The notes beneath the pieces are model-generated. The model made no database searches. It was not told the origin of the DNA and saw only the letters and a program-made list of their open reading frames with translations. A stretch of 64,000 nt of DNA from Gammaproteobacteria bacterium (GTDB taxonomy: Bacteria > Pseudomonadota > Gammaproteobacteria > Poriferisulfidales > Poriferisulfidaceae): contig JAPOXW010000020.1 in the NCBI GenBank assembly GCA_026706895.1, forward strand, positions 57,329 through 121,328. The letters are read 5' to 3'. The position numbers and the translations under genes were made by a program. This document shows positions 41,497 to 54,729 of this stretch, piece by piece. The stretch's first letter is position 1, and each line of letters begins with the position of its first letter.

Positions 41497-44400
41497 GCTT
41501 TGTTCACCTGCACCTGCACACCGAGTATTCACTGGACGACGGGCTGGTGCGCATCGATCCGCTGATGGAGCGGGCGGCGGAACTGGCCATGCCGGCGGTC
41601 GCCCTGACCGACCGCAACAACCTGTTCGCAGCCGTCAAGTTCTACAAGACGGCGCTGAACTACGGCATCAAGCCGATCCTGGGCGCGGAGATCGACCTCG
41701 AGATCCCGGTCATGCACGACCGGTCCGCCCGGACGGTGCTGCTGTGCCAGAACCAGGACGGCTACCGGAATCTCTGCCAGTTGCTGAGCGACCGCTATCG
41801 GAAAGGGAGCGACCGGATCTTGCGCAAGGACCTGGCGAAGTGTAGCGAAGGGTTGATCGCCCTTTCCGGCGGCGTCGCCGGGGATCTCGGGCAGGCCATG
41901 GTCACCGAGAACCGTCGGGCCGCGGCCGCGGCGCTGGAATACTGGAAGCGCCATTTTCCCGAGCGGTTCTACCTGGAGGTGACCAAGACCGACCGGGAGC
42001 ACGAGGAGGATTTCCTGCAGTTCGCTCTGGAGTGCGTGAGCGAACACGATTTGCCGATGGTCGCGACCAACGACGTACGGTTCCTGTCCAGCGAAGATTT
42101 CGAGGCGCACGAGGTTCGCGTATGCATCCGCAGCCAGCAGCGCGTCAACGATCCGGACCGGGCGCGCGAGTACAGCAAGGAGCAGCATCTGCGCTCGGAG
42201 AGCGTGATGCGGGAGGCGTTCGAGGGCTACCCGGAGGCGCTTGAGAACACCGAGCAGATCGCTGTGCGCTGCAACTGCCGGCTGGACCTGGGGCGGACGC
42301 TGTTGCCTGCCTTCCCGACTCCCGACGGGGAGTCGATGGACGATTATCTGGACCGGCTGGCGCACGAGGGTTTGACCCGTCGCCTGGAGCGCCTTGAGGC
42401 CAGCGGGCGGATGGTGGGACCGGAGTCCGACTACCGGGAGCGGCTCGAGCATGAGCTCGGCGTGATTCACCAGACCGGCTTCAGCGGCTATTTCGTGATC
42501 GTCGCGGATTTCGTGGAATGGGCGCGCGACAACGACATCCCGGTCGGCCCCGGGCGCGGCTCCGGCGCGGGATCGCTGGTGGCTTACGCCCTCGGGATCA
42601 CTGGCCTCGATCCGTTGCGTTACGGACTGCTGTTCGAACGCTTCCTGAACCCTGCCCGCGTCAGCATGCCGGACTTCGACATCGATTTCTGCAACCAGAA
42701 CCGCGACCGGGTGATCGAGTACGTGCGCAAGCGTTACGGGGAGGACAGCGTGGCGCAGATCATCACTTACGGCACGATGGCGGCCAAGGCGGCGATCCGC
42801 GATGTCGGCCGTGTGCTCGGCGCGCCGTACAACTACTGCGACCGCATCGCACGCGCGGTGCCGAACGAGCTGGGGATCACCTTGGCGAAAGCCTACCAGG
42901 ACTCTCCGGAATTCCGGGAGCTGGTCAGCCATCCGGAAGACACGACGGGCGCGCACCTGTACGAGGTGGCGCTGCAGCTGGAGGGGGTGGTGCGCAATGC
43001 CTCGCGGCACGCTGCCGGGGTGGTGATTGCACCGGGCGCGCTCACTGACTTCACGCCGCTGTACTTCGAGGCCCGGCAGCCCGACGTGGCGATCACCCAG
43101 TTCGACATGAAGGATGTCGAGGCGATCGGCCTGACCAAGTTCGATTTTCTCGGTCTGCGCACGGTGACGCTGCTGCACCAGTGCCTGGGCACGGTCAATG
43201 CGCACCGGGAGTCGCGGGGCGAGCCGCAGCTGGACCTGGACACGCTGCCGCTTGACGACCCGGACACTTATGAATTGCTGCAGCGGGCGCAGACCATGGA
43301 GGTATTCCAATTGGAATCGGCCGGGATGCGCGACCTGCTGATACGGATGGGGCCGGACTGTTTCGACGACTTGGTGGCGTTGGTCGCGCTGTATCGTCCG
43401 GGACCGCTCAACTCGAAGATGGACATTGAGTACATCCAGTGCAAGCACGACCCGAGCCGGGTCAGCTACCTGCATCCGGATCTGGAGCCAATCCTGGCAT
43501 CGACCTTCGGCGTAATCCTGTATCAGGAGCAGGTGATGCAGATCGCCCGCGAACTGGCGGGCTATTCGCTCGGCGAGACCGACCTGCTGCGCCGCGCCAT
43601 GGGCAAGAAGAAGCCGGAGGAAATGGCGGAACACGCCGAGCGCTTCCAGAAGGGGGCTGCCGAGCATGGCCTGGCCCCGCTCGTGGCACGGAAGATCTTC
43701 GACCTGATGAAAGAATTCGCGGGGTACGGGTTCAATAAGTCGCATTCGGTCGCGTATGCGCTGCTGGCGTACCAGAGCGCCTGGTTCAAGACGCACCATC
43801 CGGACGCGTTCATGGCGGCGGCGATGTCCAGCGAGATCGACGACACCGACAAGCTCGCGCTGCTGTGCAAGGAGGCGCGCGAACTCGAATTGACGCTGAA
43901 GGGGCCGGACGTGAACGCGTCCGGCTACTATTTCACGGTCCCGGCAGAAGGTGAGATCCGTTACGGACTGGGCGCGATCAAGGGGGTCGGGCAGGGTTTG
44001 GTGGCGCGCCTGGTGGAGGAGCGCGGAGAAACGCCGTTTGCCAGCCTGGAGGACCTGTGCCATCGCCTGGACACCCGCGACTACAGCGAGCGGGACCTGC
44101 GCGCGTTGATTCATGCGGGTGCGCTGGACGGATTCGATGCGAGCCGTCGAGCCATGGCGGAGGCGGCCGGTCGCTTCAAGACCCAGGCTCAGCGGGTTCA
44201 GTCGGACCGGGACGTGGGTCAGGATTCGCTGTTCGCGCAAGAGCCAGCTGCGGAGTTCTGTGCGCTGCCGCAGGCCGAGGAGGAATACGAGACATCCGAG
44301 CGGCTGGCGTACGAGTTCGAAGCCTTGGGGCTCTATTTCAGCGGACATCCGTTCCTGCAGTACCGGCACCAGGTGAAGCAGGTGGTGACGCAGTCGCTGT

Positions 44401-44960
44401 CCCAAGTGCGGCAAGCCGCCGAAGAGGCGGTGGAAGCCGGACGCGGGCGGTCGTGGGAGATACGCACCGCCGGTGTGGTGATGAAGATCTCCTATCCACG
44501 CAACGGTGAGGTGGCATTCCTTGATCTTGAGGACGACCAAGAGCGGTTGGAGGTCGTCTCCCAGGATCCGAGACGTGCGAAGGACTTCGAGGTGGGAGAC
44601 TTGGTACTGGTTCAGGGAGAGGCCCGGGTTCAGCCGAAGGCGGAACGCGGCGAGCGTCTCCGGATCCGGGCAAAATCGCTTTATTCCCTGGAGCAGGTGA
44701 ACCAGCACTGGGCGAGGCGGGTACACATCATCCTCAACGGCGACAGCGGTCCGGACACGGTGCGTGCCATCAAGCAGACGCTGGCCGACCATCGGGGCGG
44801 CTGCGAAGTCAGCGTCGAATACGTGGGACAACAGGGCCCCAGCAAGTGGGTACTGGACGAGGATTGGAAGGTTTCTGCGGACGAAGAGGCGCTGCAGGCG
44901 TTGCGGGGCGTGGCGGGCGTGGAATCGGCAAATGTCCTATACTCGCCAATTGACCCCTAG
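41493..44960 (+). CDS. dnaE: DNA polymerase III alpha subunit
   Basis: ATG 41493 with GGAGGA SD, overlaps rnhB stop; MSFVHLHLHTEYSLDDG PHP domain; 1155 aa. Confidence 0.95.
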   Translation: MSFVHLHLHTEYSLDDGLVRIDPLMERAAELAMPAVALTDRNNLFAAVKFYKTALNYGIKPILGAEIDLEIPVMHDRSARTVLLCQNQDGYRNLCQLLSDRYRKGSDRILRKDLAKCSEGLIALSGGVAGDLGQAMVTENRRAAAAALEYWKRHFPERFYLEVTKTDREHEEDFLQFALECVSEHDLPMVATNDVRFLSSEDFEAHEVRVCIRSQQRVNDPDRAREYSKEQHLRSESVMREAFEGYPEALENTEQIAVRCNCRLDLGRTLLPAFPTPDGESMDDYLDRLAHEGLTRRLERLEASGRMVGPESDYRERLEHELGVIHQTGFSGYFVIVADFVEWARDNDIPVGPGRGSGAGSLVAYALGITGLDPLRYGLLFERFLNPARVSMPDFDIDFCNQNRDRVIEYVRKRYGEDSVAQIITYGTMAAKAAIRDVGRVLGAPYNYCDRIARAVPNELGITLAKAYQDSPEFRELVSHPEDTTGAHLYEVALQLEGVVRNASRHAAGVVIAPGALTDFTPLYFEARQPDVAITQFDMKDVEAIGLTKFDFLGLRTVTLLHQCLGTVNAHRESRGEPQLDLDTLPLDDPDTYELLQRAQTMEVFQLESAGMRDLLIRMGPDCFDDLVALVALYRPGPLNSKMDIEYIQCKHDPSRVSYLHPDLEPILASTFGVILYQEQVMQIARELAGYSLGETDLLRRAMGKKKPEEMAEHAERFQKGAAEHGLAPLVARKIFDLMKEFAGYGFNKSHSVAYALLAYQSAWFKTHHPDAFMAAAMSSEIDDTDKLALLCKEARELELTLKGPDVNASGYYFTVPAEGEIRYGLGAIKGVGQGLVARLVEERGETPFASLEDLCHRLDTRDYSERDLRALIHAGALDGFDASRRAMAEAAGRFKTQAQRVQSDRDVGQDSLFAQEPAAEFCALPQAEEEYETSERLAYEFEALGLYFSGHPFLQYRHQVKQVVTQSLSQVRQAAEEAVEAGRGRSWEIRTAGVVMKISYPRNGEVAFLDLEDDQERLEVVSQDPRRAKDFEVGDLVLVQGEARVQPKAERGERLRIRAKSLYSLEQVNQHWARRVHIILNGDSGPDTVRAIKQTLADHRGGCEVSVEYVGQQGPSKWVLDEDWKVSADEEALQALRGVAGVESANVLYSPIDP

Positions 44961-44972
44961 TTTTTCGCCGCC

Positions 44973-45929
44973 ATGAACCCGGATTTTCTCGACTTCGAAC
45001 AGCCGATCGCCGAACTAGACGCAAAGATCCGCGAACTCCGCCACATGGGGGCGGAGAGCGACCTGGACCTCGACACCGAGATCGAGCGCCTGCAGGGCCG
45101 CAGGCGGGCACTGGTTGAGGACATCTTCTCGAACCTGTCGGCCTGGCAGGTCACGCAACTGGCTCGCCATCCGCAGCGTCCCTACACTCGCGACTACCTG
45201 TCGTACCTGTTCAGCGAGTTCCATGAACTGCACGGCGATCAGGCGTATGCGGACGACCAGGCCATCCTGGCCGGCATGGCGCGCCTGGACAGCACGCCCG
45301 TCATGGTGATCGGACATCAGAAAGGCCGGGATACCAAGGAGAAACTGGAACACAATTTTGGCATGCCGCGGCCGGAAGGCTACCGCAAGGCGCGCCGCCT
45401 GATGCAGATGGCAGAGCGCTTCCGGATGCCGATCATCACATTCATCGATACGCCGGGCGCATACCCGGGCATTGGTGCGGAGGAACGCGGACAAAGCGAG
45501 GCGATCGCCCGCAACCTGGAGGTCATGGCCGAACTGAGGGTGCCGATCGTGAGTGTCGTGATTGGCGAGGGCGGTTCCGGCGGCGCGTTGGCGATCGGCG
45601 TGGGCGATCACCTGATGATGCTGCAGTACAGCATCTATTCGGTGATTTCCCCGGAAGGCTGCTCATCCATTCTCTGGAAGAGTGCCGAAAAGGCGCAAGA
45701 GGCCGCCGAGGCCCTGGGCCTGACGTCGGAGCGTCTCAAGCAACTCGAATTGATCGACGAAATCGTGGAAGAACCGCTGGGCGGTGCGCACCGCGACCTG
45801 GAGGCCATGTCCGCCACCCTGAAGCAGGCGTTGGCGAAGAGTCTGGCGGAACTCGGGGCCCTGGATCCGGTGGCGCTGGTCGACCGTCGGGAGGACCGGT
45901 TGCTGCAGGTCGGGATGTACCAGACATGA
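44973..45929 (+). CDS. accA: acetyl-CoA carboxylase carboxyltransferase alpha subunit
   Basis: 318 aa; [19 protein letters not shown]..., crotonase fold. Confidence 0.95.
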   Translation: MNPDFLDFEQPIAELDAKIRELRHMGAESDLDLDTEIERLQGRRRALVEDIFSNLSAWQVTQLARHPQRPYTRDYLSYLFSEFHELHGDQAYADDQAILAGMARLDSTPVMVIGHQKGRDTKEKLEHNFGMPRPEGYRKARRLMQMAERFRMPIITFIDTPGAYPGIGAEERGQSEAIARNLEVMAELRVPIVSVVIGEGGSGGALAIGVGDHLMMLQYSIYSVISPEGCSSILWKSAEKAQEAAEALGLTSERLKQLELIDEIVEEPLGGAHRDLEAMSATLKQALAKSLAELGALDPVALVDRREDRLLQVGMYQT

Positions 45930-47191
45930 CGCCGTCCGCTCTTGCCGTCGCGAAGGCCCTGGAGGCGCTGCCGGAAGTCTGTCCCGGCGTGCGGACTTGG
46001 GTCGTGGCCTACAGCGGGGGCCGGGATTCGACCGCACTGTTGCATGCCACGCGTGCGTTTGCCGCGCAGCGCGGCGACGCGGTTCGGGCTGTGCACGTCA
46101 ACCACGGGTTGCAGCCTGCGGCCCGGGACTTCGAGCAACACTGCGTGGCAGTCTGTCGCGAGTGGGGGATTTCCTTGGAGCGGATGCAGCGGGAGGCAGA
46201 TCCGACCCCCGGGCTAGGCCCGGAGGCGCAGGCGCGCGAGATCCGCTACCAGGCATTGCGTCGGCATGCGCGTCGCGGGGTTGCTATCCTGCTGGCGCAC
46301 CACCGGGACGACCAGGCGGAAACCCTGCTGCTGCAGTTGCTGCGCGGCGCCGGCGTGGCCGGGACCGCCGCCATGCCGTTGTGCCGGGACTGGGGAGAAG
46401 GGAAGCTCGTGCGCCCGCTGCTGGACGTGTCACGCCAAGAGATTGAAGACTACGTCCGCGACCACCGTTTGGCGTTCATGGAGGACCCCAGCAACCTCGA
46501 CACCGGGATCGAGCGCAATTTCCTGCGCCGCGAGGTGCTGCCCCTGCTGGAGGAACGCTGGCCTTCGGCATCGCAAACATTGGCCCGCTCGGCCCGGCAT
46601 CATGCGCACGCTGCACATTTGTTGAAAGAACGCGCTGAACAGGACCTGGACGACGCGGACACGATCGAGGTGGAGTTCCTGGCCTCGCTCTCGCAGGACC
46701 GGCAGATCAACCTGGTGCGCTTCTGGATTGCCCGACAGGGGTTTCCGGTCCCAAGCGAACGGCGGCTTTCGCGGTGGCTGGACACGGTACACGCCGCTGG
46801 CGCCGACCGCGTGCCGGCAGAGATCTTCGAGGCCTACCGGATGTACCGTTGGCGCGGCCATCTGCATCTGGTGCCCCGGTTGCCGACCGTGCCGGAGGGG
46901 CAGTGCTGGCACTGGCGCCGGGGAGAAGCGCTGGTCCTGCCGGAATTGGATATGGAATTGCGCTGGGAGTCGCTGCAGGAGCAACTGGGCGAGGAAGTCG
47001 AGACGGATCTTGAAGTGCGGTTGCGTACGGGAGGGGAGCGCTGCCGGCCCGAAGGCCGGCAGCACCGCCATTCATTGAAGAAACTGCTACAGGAAGCGGG
47101 GATTCCGCCGTGGCGTCGCGGTCGGATCCCGCTGGTCTACCAGCACGCGAACCTCCGGTTGGTCTGGGACCATTTCGCGTGCCGGCCGTAG
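45926..47191 (+). CDS. tilS: tRNA(Ile)-lysidine synthetase
   Basis: [15 protein letters not shown]-loop SGGxDS; 421 aa; follows accA as in E. coli. Confidence 0.85.
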   Translation: MTPSALAVAKALEALPEVCPGVRTWVVAYSGGRDSTALLHATRAFAAQRGDAVRAVHVNHGLQPAARDFEQHCVAVCREWGISLERMQREADPTPGLGPEAQAREIRYQALRRHARRGVAILLAHHRDDQAETLLLQLLRGAGVAGTAAMPLCRDWGEGKLVRPLLDVSRQEIEDYVRDHRLAFMEDPSNLDTGIERNFLRREVLPLLEERWPSASQTLARSARHHAHAAHLLKERAEQDLDDADTIEVEFLASLSQDRQINLVRFWIARQGFPVPSERRLSRWLDTVHAAGADRVPAEIFEAYRMYRWRGHLHLVPRLPTVPEGQCWHWRRGEALVLPELDMELRWESLQEQLGEEVETDLEVRLRTGGERCRPEGRQHRHSLKKLLQEAGIPPWRRGRIPLVYQHANLRLVWDHFACRP

Positions 47192-47207
47192 CAGCCAGGG
47201 ATCGGAG

Positions 47208-47429
47208 CTACTTGCTGGAAATCCCGAATATTTTATAGACTGGGCAGTTTCCGACCAGGCCGGTCACCAGCGGGATCAATCCCAGCCATGCCCACCAGGC
47301 CGCGTCATACATCTCCAGTCCGACATAGAGGATCACGACTCCGGCAATCACCCGAAGGACGCGTTCCACGATATGCACGTTAACTGTCATGATGTTCCCT
47401 CCTCTTGGAGTAATTTTCATGCCCGTCAT
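47208..47429 (-). CDS. small inner-membrane protein, DUF2892 (YgaP-like)
   Basis: 73 aa; two hydrophobic helices (VIAGVVILYVGL / WLGLIPLVTGLVGNCPVY). Confidence 0.5.
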   Translation of the reverse strand: MTGMKITPRGGNIMTVNVHIVERVLRVIAGVVILYVGLEMYDAAWWAWLGLIPLVTGLVGNCPVYKIFGISSK

Positions 47430-47497
47430 GCGGACATGATCTCAGTATACTCTTGGACGGAATTTTTGCAGAGGGGCTCCGCCCAGCACCTTTCTAA

Positions 47498-49165
<1,668 letters not shown>

Positions 49166-49166
49166 C

Positions 49167-49994
49167 GTGCCAGTGTTCTGCGATTTCCAGGCGGGGGTCC
49201 GCCAGCCGCTGTTCCTGATCTCCGGGCCATGCGTGATCGAGAGCGAGGCCCTGGCAATGCAGGTGGCTGAACAACTGGTCAAAACGACCCGGCAGCTCGG
49301 CATGCGCTACGTGTTCAAGGCATCGTTCGACAAGGCCAATCGCACCAGTAGCGGCAGTTTTCGCGGTCCGGGCATGGAGGAAGGGTTGCGCATCCTGGAA
49401 CGGGTGCGCACGCAGTTCGACGTTCCGGTCCTCACGGACGTGCACGAGGACACGCCAGTGGACGAGGTGGCGGCGGTGGTGGATGTGCTGCAGACGCCGG
49501 CGTTCCTGTGCCGGCAGACCAACTACATCGCGCGGGTGGCGGCGGCCGGGCGTCCGGTCAACCTCAAGAAGGGCCAGTTCCTTTCCCCTTGGGAGATGAG
49601 CCAGGTGGTGACCAAGGCGCGTGAGGCCGGCGGGGAGGACTTGCTGGTCTGCGAGCGCGGCGCGAGTTTCGGCTACAACAACTTGATTTCCGACATGCGC
49701 GCGCTGACGGTCCTGCGCGAAACCGGCTGCCCGGTTGTTTTCGACGCCACGCATTCGGTGCAATTGCCAGGCGCGGGCGGCGGCGTCTCGGGCGGTCAGC
49801 GGGAATTCGTGCCGACCCTGGCGCGGGCGGCGGTGGGCGTCGGCGTGGCCGGGTTGTTCATGGAGACCCACCCCGACCCCGATCAGGCGCTCAGCGACGG
49901 GGCGAACGCCTGGCCCCTGTCCGAGATGAACCCACTCTTAAAAACTCTTCTGGAACTCGACGAAGTCGCCAAGCGAAATCTGTCGCAGGACTGA
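49167..49994 (+). CDS. kdsA: 2-dehydro-3-deoxyphosphooctonate aldolase (KDO8P synthase)
   Basis: [18 protein letters not shown] fold; 275 aa. Confidence 0.9.
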   Translation: MPVFCDFQAGVRQPLFLISGPCVIESEALAMQVAEQLVKTTRQLGMRYVFKASFDKANRTSSGSFRGPGMEEGLRILERVRTQFDVPVLTDVHEDTPVDEVAAVVDVLQTPAFLCRQTNYIARVAAAGRPVNLKKGQFLSPWEMSQVVTKAREAGGEDLLVCERGASFGYNNLISDMRALTVLRETGCPVVFDATHSVQLPGAGGGVSGGQREFVPTLARAAVGVGVAGLFMETHPDPDQALSDGANAWPLSEMNPLLKTLLELDEVAKRNLSQD

Positions 49995-50004
49995 GGCGGC
50001 TTTC

Positions 50005-51387
50005 CTACAGCAGCAACGCGGTTCCCAGGCCGAGGAACGCCACGAACCCGACCACGTCCGTCACGGTCGTCAGGAGCACGCCGCCGGCCAGTGCCGGATC
50101 GATGTTCAAGCGTCGCAGAGTCGGTGGCAGCACCACGCCTGTCAGCGCCGCGAACACCATGTTGGCGATCAGCGCCAGCGCGATGACCGCTCCGATCATC
50201 CAGGTATCGAACCACAGCCCGGCAACCAGCGCGACCACGCCGCACCAGACCAGGCTGTTGACCAGCCCGACGCCGAGTTCCTTGAGCAGCAGGGCCCGCA
50301 CGTTCTGCGAGCTGACTTGGCCGAGCGCCATGCCCCGGATGACCAGGATCAGGGTCTGGCTGCCGGCGATGCCACCCATGCTGGCGACGATGGGCATCAG
50401 CACGGCCAGCGCCACCACGCGCTCCAGGGTGTCCTGGAACAGCCCAATGGCGGCCGCAGCGATGAAGGCCGTGATCAGGTTGACGCCGAGCCAGACCGCA
50501 CGCCGCCGCGAGGCGGACAATACCGAATCGAACAGGTCTTCGTCTTCGCTCAGTCCGACGTAGCTGTGCAGCGCCTCCACGCCTTCGTCGCGAATCACGT
50601 CCACCACGTCGTCCACCGTGATCCGCCCGAGTAGCAGGTTGTTCTCGTCGACCACGGCCGCCGACACCAGGTCGCGGTCCTCGAAGACCGCGGCGACCGC
50701 GCCGTCCGGCATGTCCGCCGGAATCGGCGGTCGGTCGGATTCCATCACCTCGCCGACCAGGGTGTCCGGGTCGTGCAGCAGCAGGGCGGTGATCGGCAGC
50801 ACGCCGCGGTAGTGTTCGAACCGGTCCACCACCATCAGCACGTCGGTGTGGCTCGGGATGCTCTCGTGCCGGCGCAGATAGCGCAGCACCACCTCCAGCG
50901 TGACGTCTGCGCGCACCGTGATCACGCTGGTGTCCATCAACCCGCCGGCGGTGTCCTCGTCGTAGGTCAGGACCGCCTCCAGCCGGGAGCGGTACTGCTG
51001 ATCCATGTCGTTGAGGATCTGCGAGCTGACGGCCTCCGGGAGATCGGCCAGCAGGTCCGCCATGTCGTCGATGTCCAGGCCCTCGGTCGCGCTGACCAGG
51101 GCGTCCTCGTCCATCTCGCCGATCAGGGAAACGCGGACCTCGTCGCCGACCTCGAGCAGGACTTCGCCGTCGTGCTCGTGGTCCAGCATGCCCCAGACGA
51201 TGAAGCGCTGGGCGCGCGGCAGGGATTCCAGCAGTTGCGCGACCTCGGCCGGATGCAGCGCCCGCAGCATCTTGCGGACCGTCTGCATGGTGCCGGAATT
51301 CAGGGCCTCGGCCAACGCCGTGACCTGCTCGCTCGGCGTCGGCACGGGCGGCTGGACAGGCGGCGGGGTGGGGACGGCGGCGGTCAT
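50005..51387 (-). CDS. mgtE: magnesium transporter MgtE
   Basis: N-terminal MgtE_N, tandem CBS domains, C-terminal 5-TM channel; 460 aa. Confidence 0.9.
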   Translation of the reverse strand: MTAAVPTPPPVQPPVPTPSEQVTALAEALNSGTMQTVRKMLRALHPAEVAQLLESLPRAQRFIVWGMLDHEHDGEVLLEVGDEVRVSLIGEMDEDALVSATEGLDIDDMADLLADLPEAVSSQILNDMDQQYRSRLEAVLTYDEDTAGGLMDTSVITVRADVTLEVVLRYLRRHESIPSHTDVLMVVDRFEHYRGVLPITALLLHDPDTLVGEVMESDRPPIPADMPDGAVAAVFEDRDLVSAAVVDENNLLLGRITVDDVVDVIRDEGVEALHSYVGLSEDEDLFDSVLSASRRRAVWLGVNLITAFIAAAAIGLFQDTLERVVALAVLMPIVASMGGIAGSQTLILVIRGMALGQVSSQNVRALLLKELGVGLVNSLVWCGVVALVAGLWFDTWMIGAVIALALIANMVFAALTGVVLPPTLRRLNIDPALAGGVLLTTVTDVVGFVAFLGLGTALLL

Positions 51388-51453
51388 GTGAGGCAGGGCA
51401 AATAAATGTTCAGGGCCTCGGCAAAGTCCCGGTGCTGGCGGTGGGTATGGCGC

Positions 51454-53193
51454 TCAGGCCTTCGCCAGGGCCTCGACCATCCCGTGGATCTTTTCCGGCT
51501 GCGGGCAGGCCAGGATCTCCTGGCACTGCTTCTGCAGTATTTCGGACGAAACGTGGTTGATGATCTGCTTGATTTCGAGCAGGGAACCCGGATGCGTGCT
51601 GAATTCGCGCAGGCCGAGCCCGATCAACAGCCGGGTCAGGCGCGGGTTGCTGGCCATTTCGCCGCACATGCTGACCGGTGTGCCGGCCTGCCGGCCGGCC
51701 TGAATCGTGTGGTGGATCAGGAACAACACAGCCGGGTGCAGCGGGTCGAACAGGTAGTGGACCTGGTCGTCAACCCGGTCGATGGCCAGCGTGTACTGGA
51801 TCAGGTCGTTGGTCCCGATCGACAGGAAATCCAAATGATGGGCGAAGACACTGGCGGAGATGGCAGCGGCCGGCACCTCGATCATGCCCCCGATCTTGAT
51901 CTCCGGGTCGTATGCGGCGCCTTCGGATCCCAGTTCCTCCATGCAGTCGCGGATCAGGGCCAGACTCTGCGACAGTTCGGAGCTGTTGGTCAGCATGGGC
52001 AGCATGACGTGGACGGGCCCGTGCGCGGAGGCGCGCAGGATCGCACGCAACTGCGCCATGAAGACGGGCTTGTTCTGCAGGGATCGCCGGATCGCACGCA
52101 GGCCGAGGGCGGGGTTCGGCGCGATCGCGCCTTCGTAGTCCGGGTCGAATTCCTTGTCGGCACCCAGGTCCAGGGTGCGGATGGTCAGCGGCTTGCCGTC
52201 CAGCGCGACGACCAGATCCCGATACACCTCGTACTGTTCGTCGGTGCTGGCGCCTTCGGGGCGGTCGAGGTAGAAGAACTCGGTGCGGTACAGCCCGACG
52301 CCTTCCGCCTGAACCTCATGCACATGGGGGATCTCTTCGATCAGGTCGATGTTGCACTTTAACGTGACCGACTGTTTGTCGCGCGTGATGGTCGGCTTGT
52401 CGCGCAGCGCCATCAACTTCTCTTCCCGCTCCTGCTCCGCGCGCTGGTACTCCCGGTACTGGTCGACCAGCCAGTTCGCGTCGTCGGCGCACAGGATGGT
52501 GCCGCCGTGCCCGTCGATCAGCACGAGCTCGCCGTCCTCCAGCAGCATGCCCGCGTCGTGCAGGCCGACCACCGCCGGGATCTGCAGGCTGCGGGCCAGG
52601 ATGGCGGTGTGCGACATGGAACTGCCGAACTGGGTGACGAAGGCGGCGACGTTCTGGTGCTGGATCAGCACGGTGTCGGCCGGCGTCAGGTCGTCCGCGA
52701 CCACGATGCGGCCGGTCAGGTCGCGCTCCTGGACTTCGGCCTCGCCCTCTTCGGTCTCGCTCAGGTTCTCCTGCACCTTGCGGATGACATGCTGCACGTC
52801 GTTCTTGCGCGTGCGCAGGTAGGCGTCCTCCATGCTGTCGAACACGGCGACCAGTTGCTCCAGGGTGTCCTCCAGCGCCCATTCGGCGTTGCAGGACTGG
52901 GCGCGGATGGTCTCCGCGGGCATGTCCACCAGCATGGCGTCGTCCAGCATCAGCAGGTGGGCGTCGAGAAAGCCGGTCACTTCCTGGCGCATTTTTTCGG
53001 GCACCATGTCACGCACTTCGCGCAACTGCTTGCGGGATTCCTCCAGCGCCTCGTTCAGGCGCTCGACCTCGGACCCGATCTGGTCCGGCTCCAGGGTGCG
53101 CTTCGAGATATGGGTCTCACCACGCTTGAGGACGTGGACCCAGCCCTGGGTAATGCCTCGGGAAACCCCGATGCCGTTGATGATCATGGGCAT
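51454..53193 (-). CDS. ptsI: phosphoenolpyruvate-protein phosphotransferase (PTS enzyme I, no GAF domain)
   Basis: 579 aa with the EI PEP-utilising domain; no N-terminal GAF, so a plain EI rather than EI-Ntr. Confidence 0.85.
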   Translation of the reverse strand: MPMIINGIGVSRGITQGWVHVLKRGETHISKRTLEPDQIGSEVERLNEALEESRKQLREVRDMVPEKMRQEVTGFLDAHLLMLDDAMLVDMPAETIRAQSCNAEWALEDTLEQLVAVFDSMEDAYLRTRKNDVQHVIRKVQENLSETEEGEAEVQERDLTGRIVVADDLTPADTVLIQHQNVAAFVTQFGSSMSHTAILARSLQIPAVVGLHDAGMLLEDGELVLIDGHGGTILCADDANWLVDQYREYQRAEQEREEKLMALRDKPTITRDKQSVTLKCNIDLIEEIPHVHEVQAEGVGLYRTEFFYLDRPEGASTDEQYEVYRDLVVALDGKPLTIRTLDLGADKEFDPDYEGAIAPNPALGLRAIRRSLQNKPVFMAQLRAILRASAHGPVHVMLPMLTNSSELSQSLALIRDCMEELGSEGAAYDPEIKIGGMIEVPAAAISASVFAHHLDFLSIGTNDLIQYTLAIDRVDDQVHYLFDPLHPAVLFLIHHTIQAGRQAGTPVSMCGEMASNPRLTRLLIGLGLREFSTHPGSLLEIKQIINHVSSEILQKQCQEILACPQPEKIHGMVEALAKA

Positions 53194-53465
53194 GGTTCGG
53201 CGCCTTCTCCAAATCCGCTCTCAAACAGGGCGACGAGGGCCTGCATGGCCTCTTGTTCGTCCGGGCCGCTGGTGAACAGCCGCACCGGGGTGCCGTGGGT
53301 GGCCGCCAGCATCATGATGCTCATGATGCTCTTGGCGTTGGCCCGCTTGCCTTCCTTTTCGATTTCCATTTGCGCCTGGTACTGGCTCGCTTCGCTGACC
53401 AACTTGGCGGCGGCCCGCGCGTGCAGCCCGAGCTTGTTGACGACGGTAGCGTTTTTTTCGATCAT
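53184..53465 (-). CDS. phosphocarrier protein HPr/NPr
   Basis: 93 aa; His-15 motif NKLGLHARAAAKL; regulatory Ser region. Confidence 0.85.
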   Translation of the reverse strand: MIEKNATVVNKLGLHARAAAKLVSEASQYQAQMEIEKEGKRANAKSIMSIMMLAATHGTPVRLFTSGPDEQEAMQALVALFESGFGEGAEPCP

Positions 53466-53863
53466 TCGGACTCTCCCGCTTCGATAATGATGCCGATGCG
53501 GCCATTGGTGGCCAGGCTTTCGGCAAGTTGACTTCGGCTGCGTTGCTGCAGGTTGAACAGCTTCACGACCATCGGCAAATTGATGCCGGAGACGAGGGTG
53601 GTTTCCGGATATTCACGCATCAGCCGCTTCGCCAGGTTGTACGGTGTGGCGCCGTACAGGTCGGACAGGATCAGCAGGCCGTCCTTGCAGTCCAGCGATG
53701 CGCAAAGCTCCCGGAGTTCGGCGAGGGCGGCGTCCAGGTCGCCGTCCTCGATGACTCCGTAACAGGCCAGGTTTTCGGGGGGGCGCGCGAAAATCCGCGA
53801 CGCGACGTCCACCAGCTGCTGACCCAGCCGGTGATGCGTGATTGTCAGCATGCCTACGCTCAT
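53462..53863 (-). CDS. PTS EIIA component, mannose/fructose family
   Basis: 133 aa; N-terminal GMLTITHHRLG active-site His context like ManX IIA (IVIGTHG); LILSDLYGATP; GINLPMVVKL. Confidence 0.75.
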   Translation of the reverse strand: MSVGMLTITHHRLGQQLVDVASRIFARPPENLACYGVIEDGDLDAALAELRELCASLDCKDGLLILSDLYGATPYNLAKRLMREYPETTLVSGINLPMVVKLFNLQQRSRSQLAESLATNGRIGIIIEAGESE

Positions 53864-54726
53864 GGTTGGGCCTCCATGTCCCGGTGCAGCATGGTGATCT
53901 GCAGGGTGGTGCTGTCCGAAAGCAATTCGGCCAGTTGTTCCACCAGGTAGACCGAGCGGTGCTGTCCGCCGGTGCAGCCGATCGAGATGTTCAGGTAATG
54001 CCGCCCCGCCTCGACGAAAGAGGGGATCCAGTGATCCAGAAACTTCTTCAGGTCTTCGAGCATGGCGGCGGCCTGTGGCTGATTCGAAAGATAGTCGCGA
54101 ACCGCGGGATCCGTGCCGTTGAGCGCGCGCAATTCGTCCACCCAGTGCGGGTTTGGCAGGCAGCGCGAGTCGAACACAAAGTCCGAATCGCTCGGCACCC
54201 CGCTCCGGTAGGCGAAGGATTGTAGCAATACTGACAATGGGGCGCGATCGAGTTTCAGGCGCTGGCGCAGCAGGGTGCGCAGCTCATGGACGTTGGTGCG
54301 GGAGGTGTCCAGGCGCAGATCGGCCAGGTTGGCGATCGCCGCAAGGCACTCCCGTTCCTGCCGTACCGCCTCGCGCAGGGTCGGGACCCGGTCGGCCAGC
54401 GGGTGCCGGCGGCGCGTATCGTTGAAGCGCCGGATCAGGGTGTCTTCGTCGGAGTCGAGGAACATCACGGTGATATCGCAGGGCAATTCCCGGATCTGTT
54501 CCAGGATGGACGGGAGCCGGTCCAGGTCTTTCGGCAACGCGCGGGCATCCATGCCGATGGCGGCTTGCTTCGGGTAGTGCGAGTCCGGCTGCATCAGCAG
54601 TTCCACGTACTCCAGCAAGAGGGTCGGCGGCATGTTGTCGACGCAGTGCGCGCCGAAGTCCTCCAGCGTGTCCAACGCCACCGATTTTCCCGAGCCCGAC
54701 AGGCCGCTGACGATGACGAGCTGCAT
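53860..54726 (-). CDS. rapZ: RNase adapter protein RapZ (YhbJ)
   Basis: VIVSGLSGSGKSVAL Walker A; 288 aa; between ptsN and HPr as in the rpoN operon. Confidence 0.9.
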   Translation of the reverse strand: MQLVIVSGLSGSGKSVALDTLEDFGAHCVDNMPPTLLLEYVELLMQPDSHYPKQAAIGMDARALPKDLDRLPSILEQIRELPCDITVMFLDSDEDTLIRRFNDTRRRHPLADRVPTLREAVRQERECLAAIANLADLRLDTSRTNVHELRTLLRQRLKLDRAPLSVLLQSFAYRSGVPSDSDFVFDSRCLPNPHWVDELRALNGTDPAVRDYLSNQPQAAAMLEDLKKFLDHWIPSFVEAGRHYLNISIGCTGGQHRSVYLVEQLAELLSDSTTLQITMLHRDMEAQP

Positions 54727-54729
54727 GGT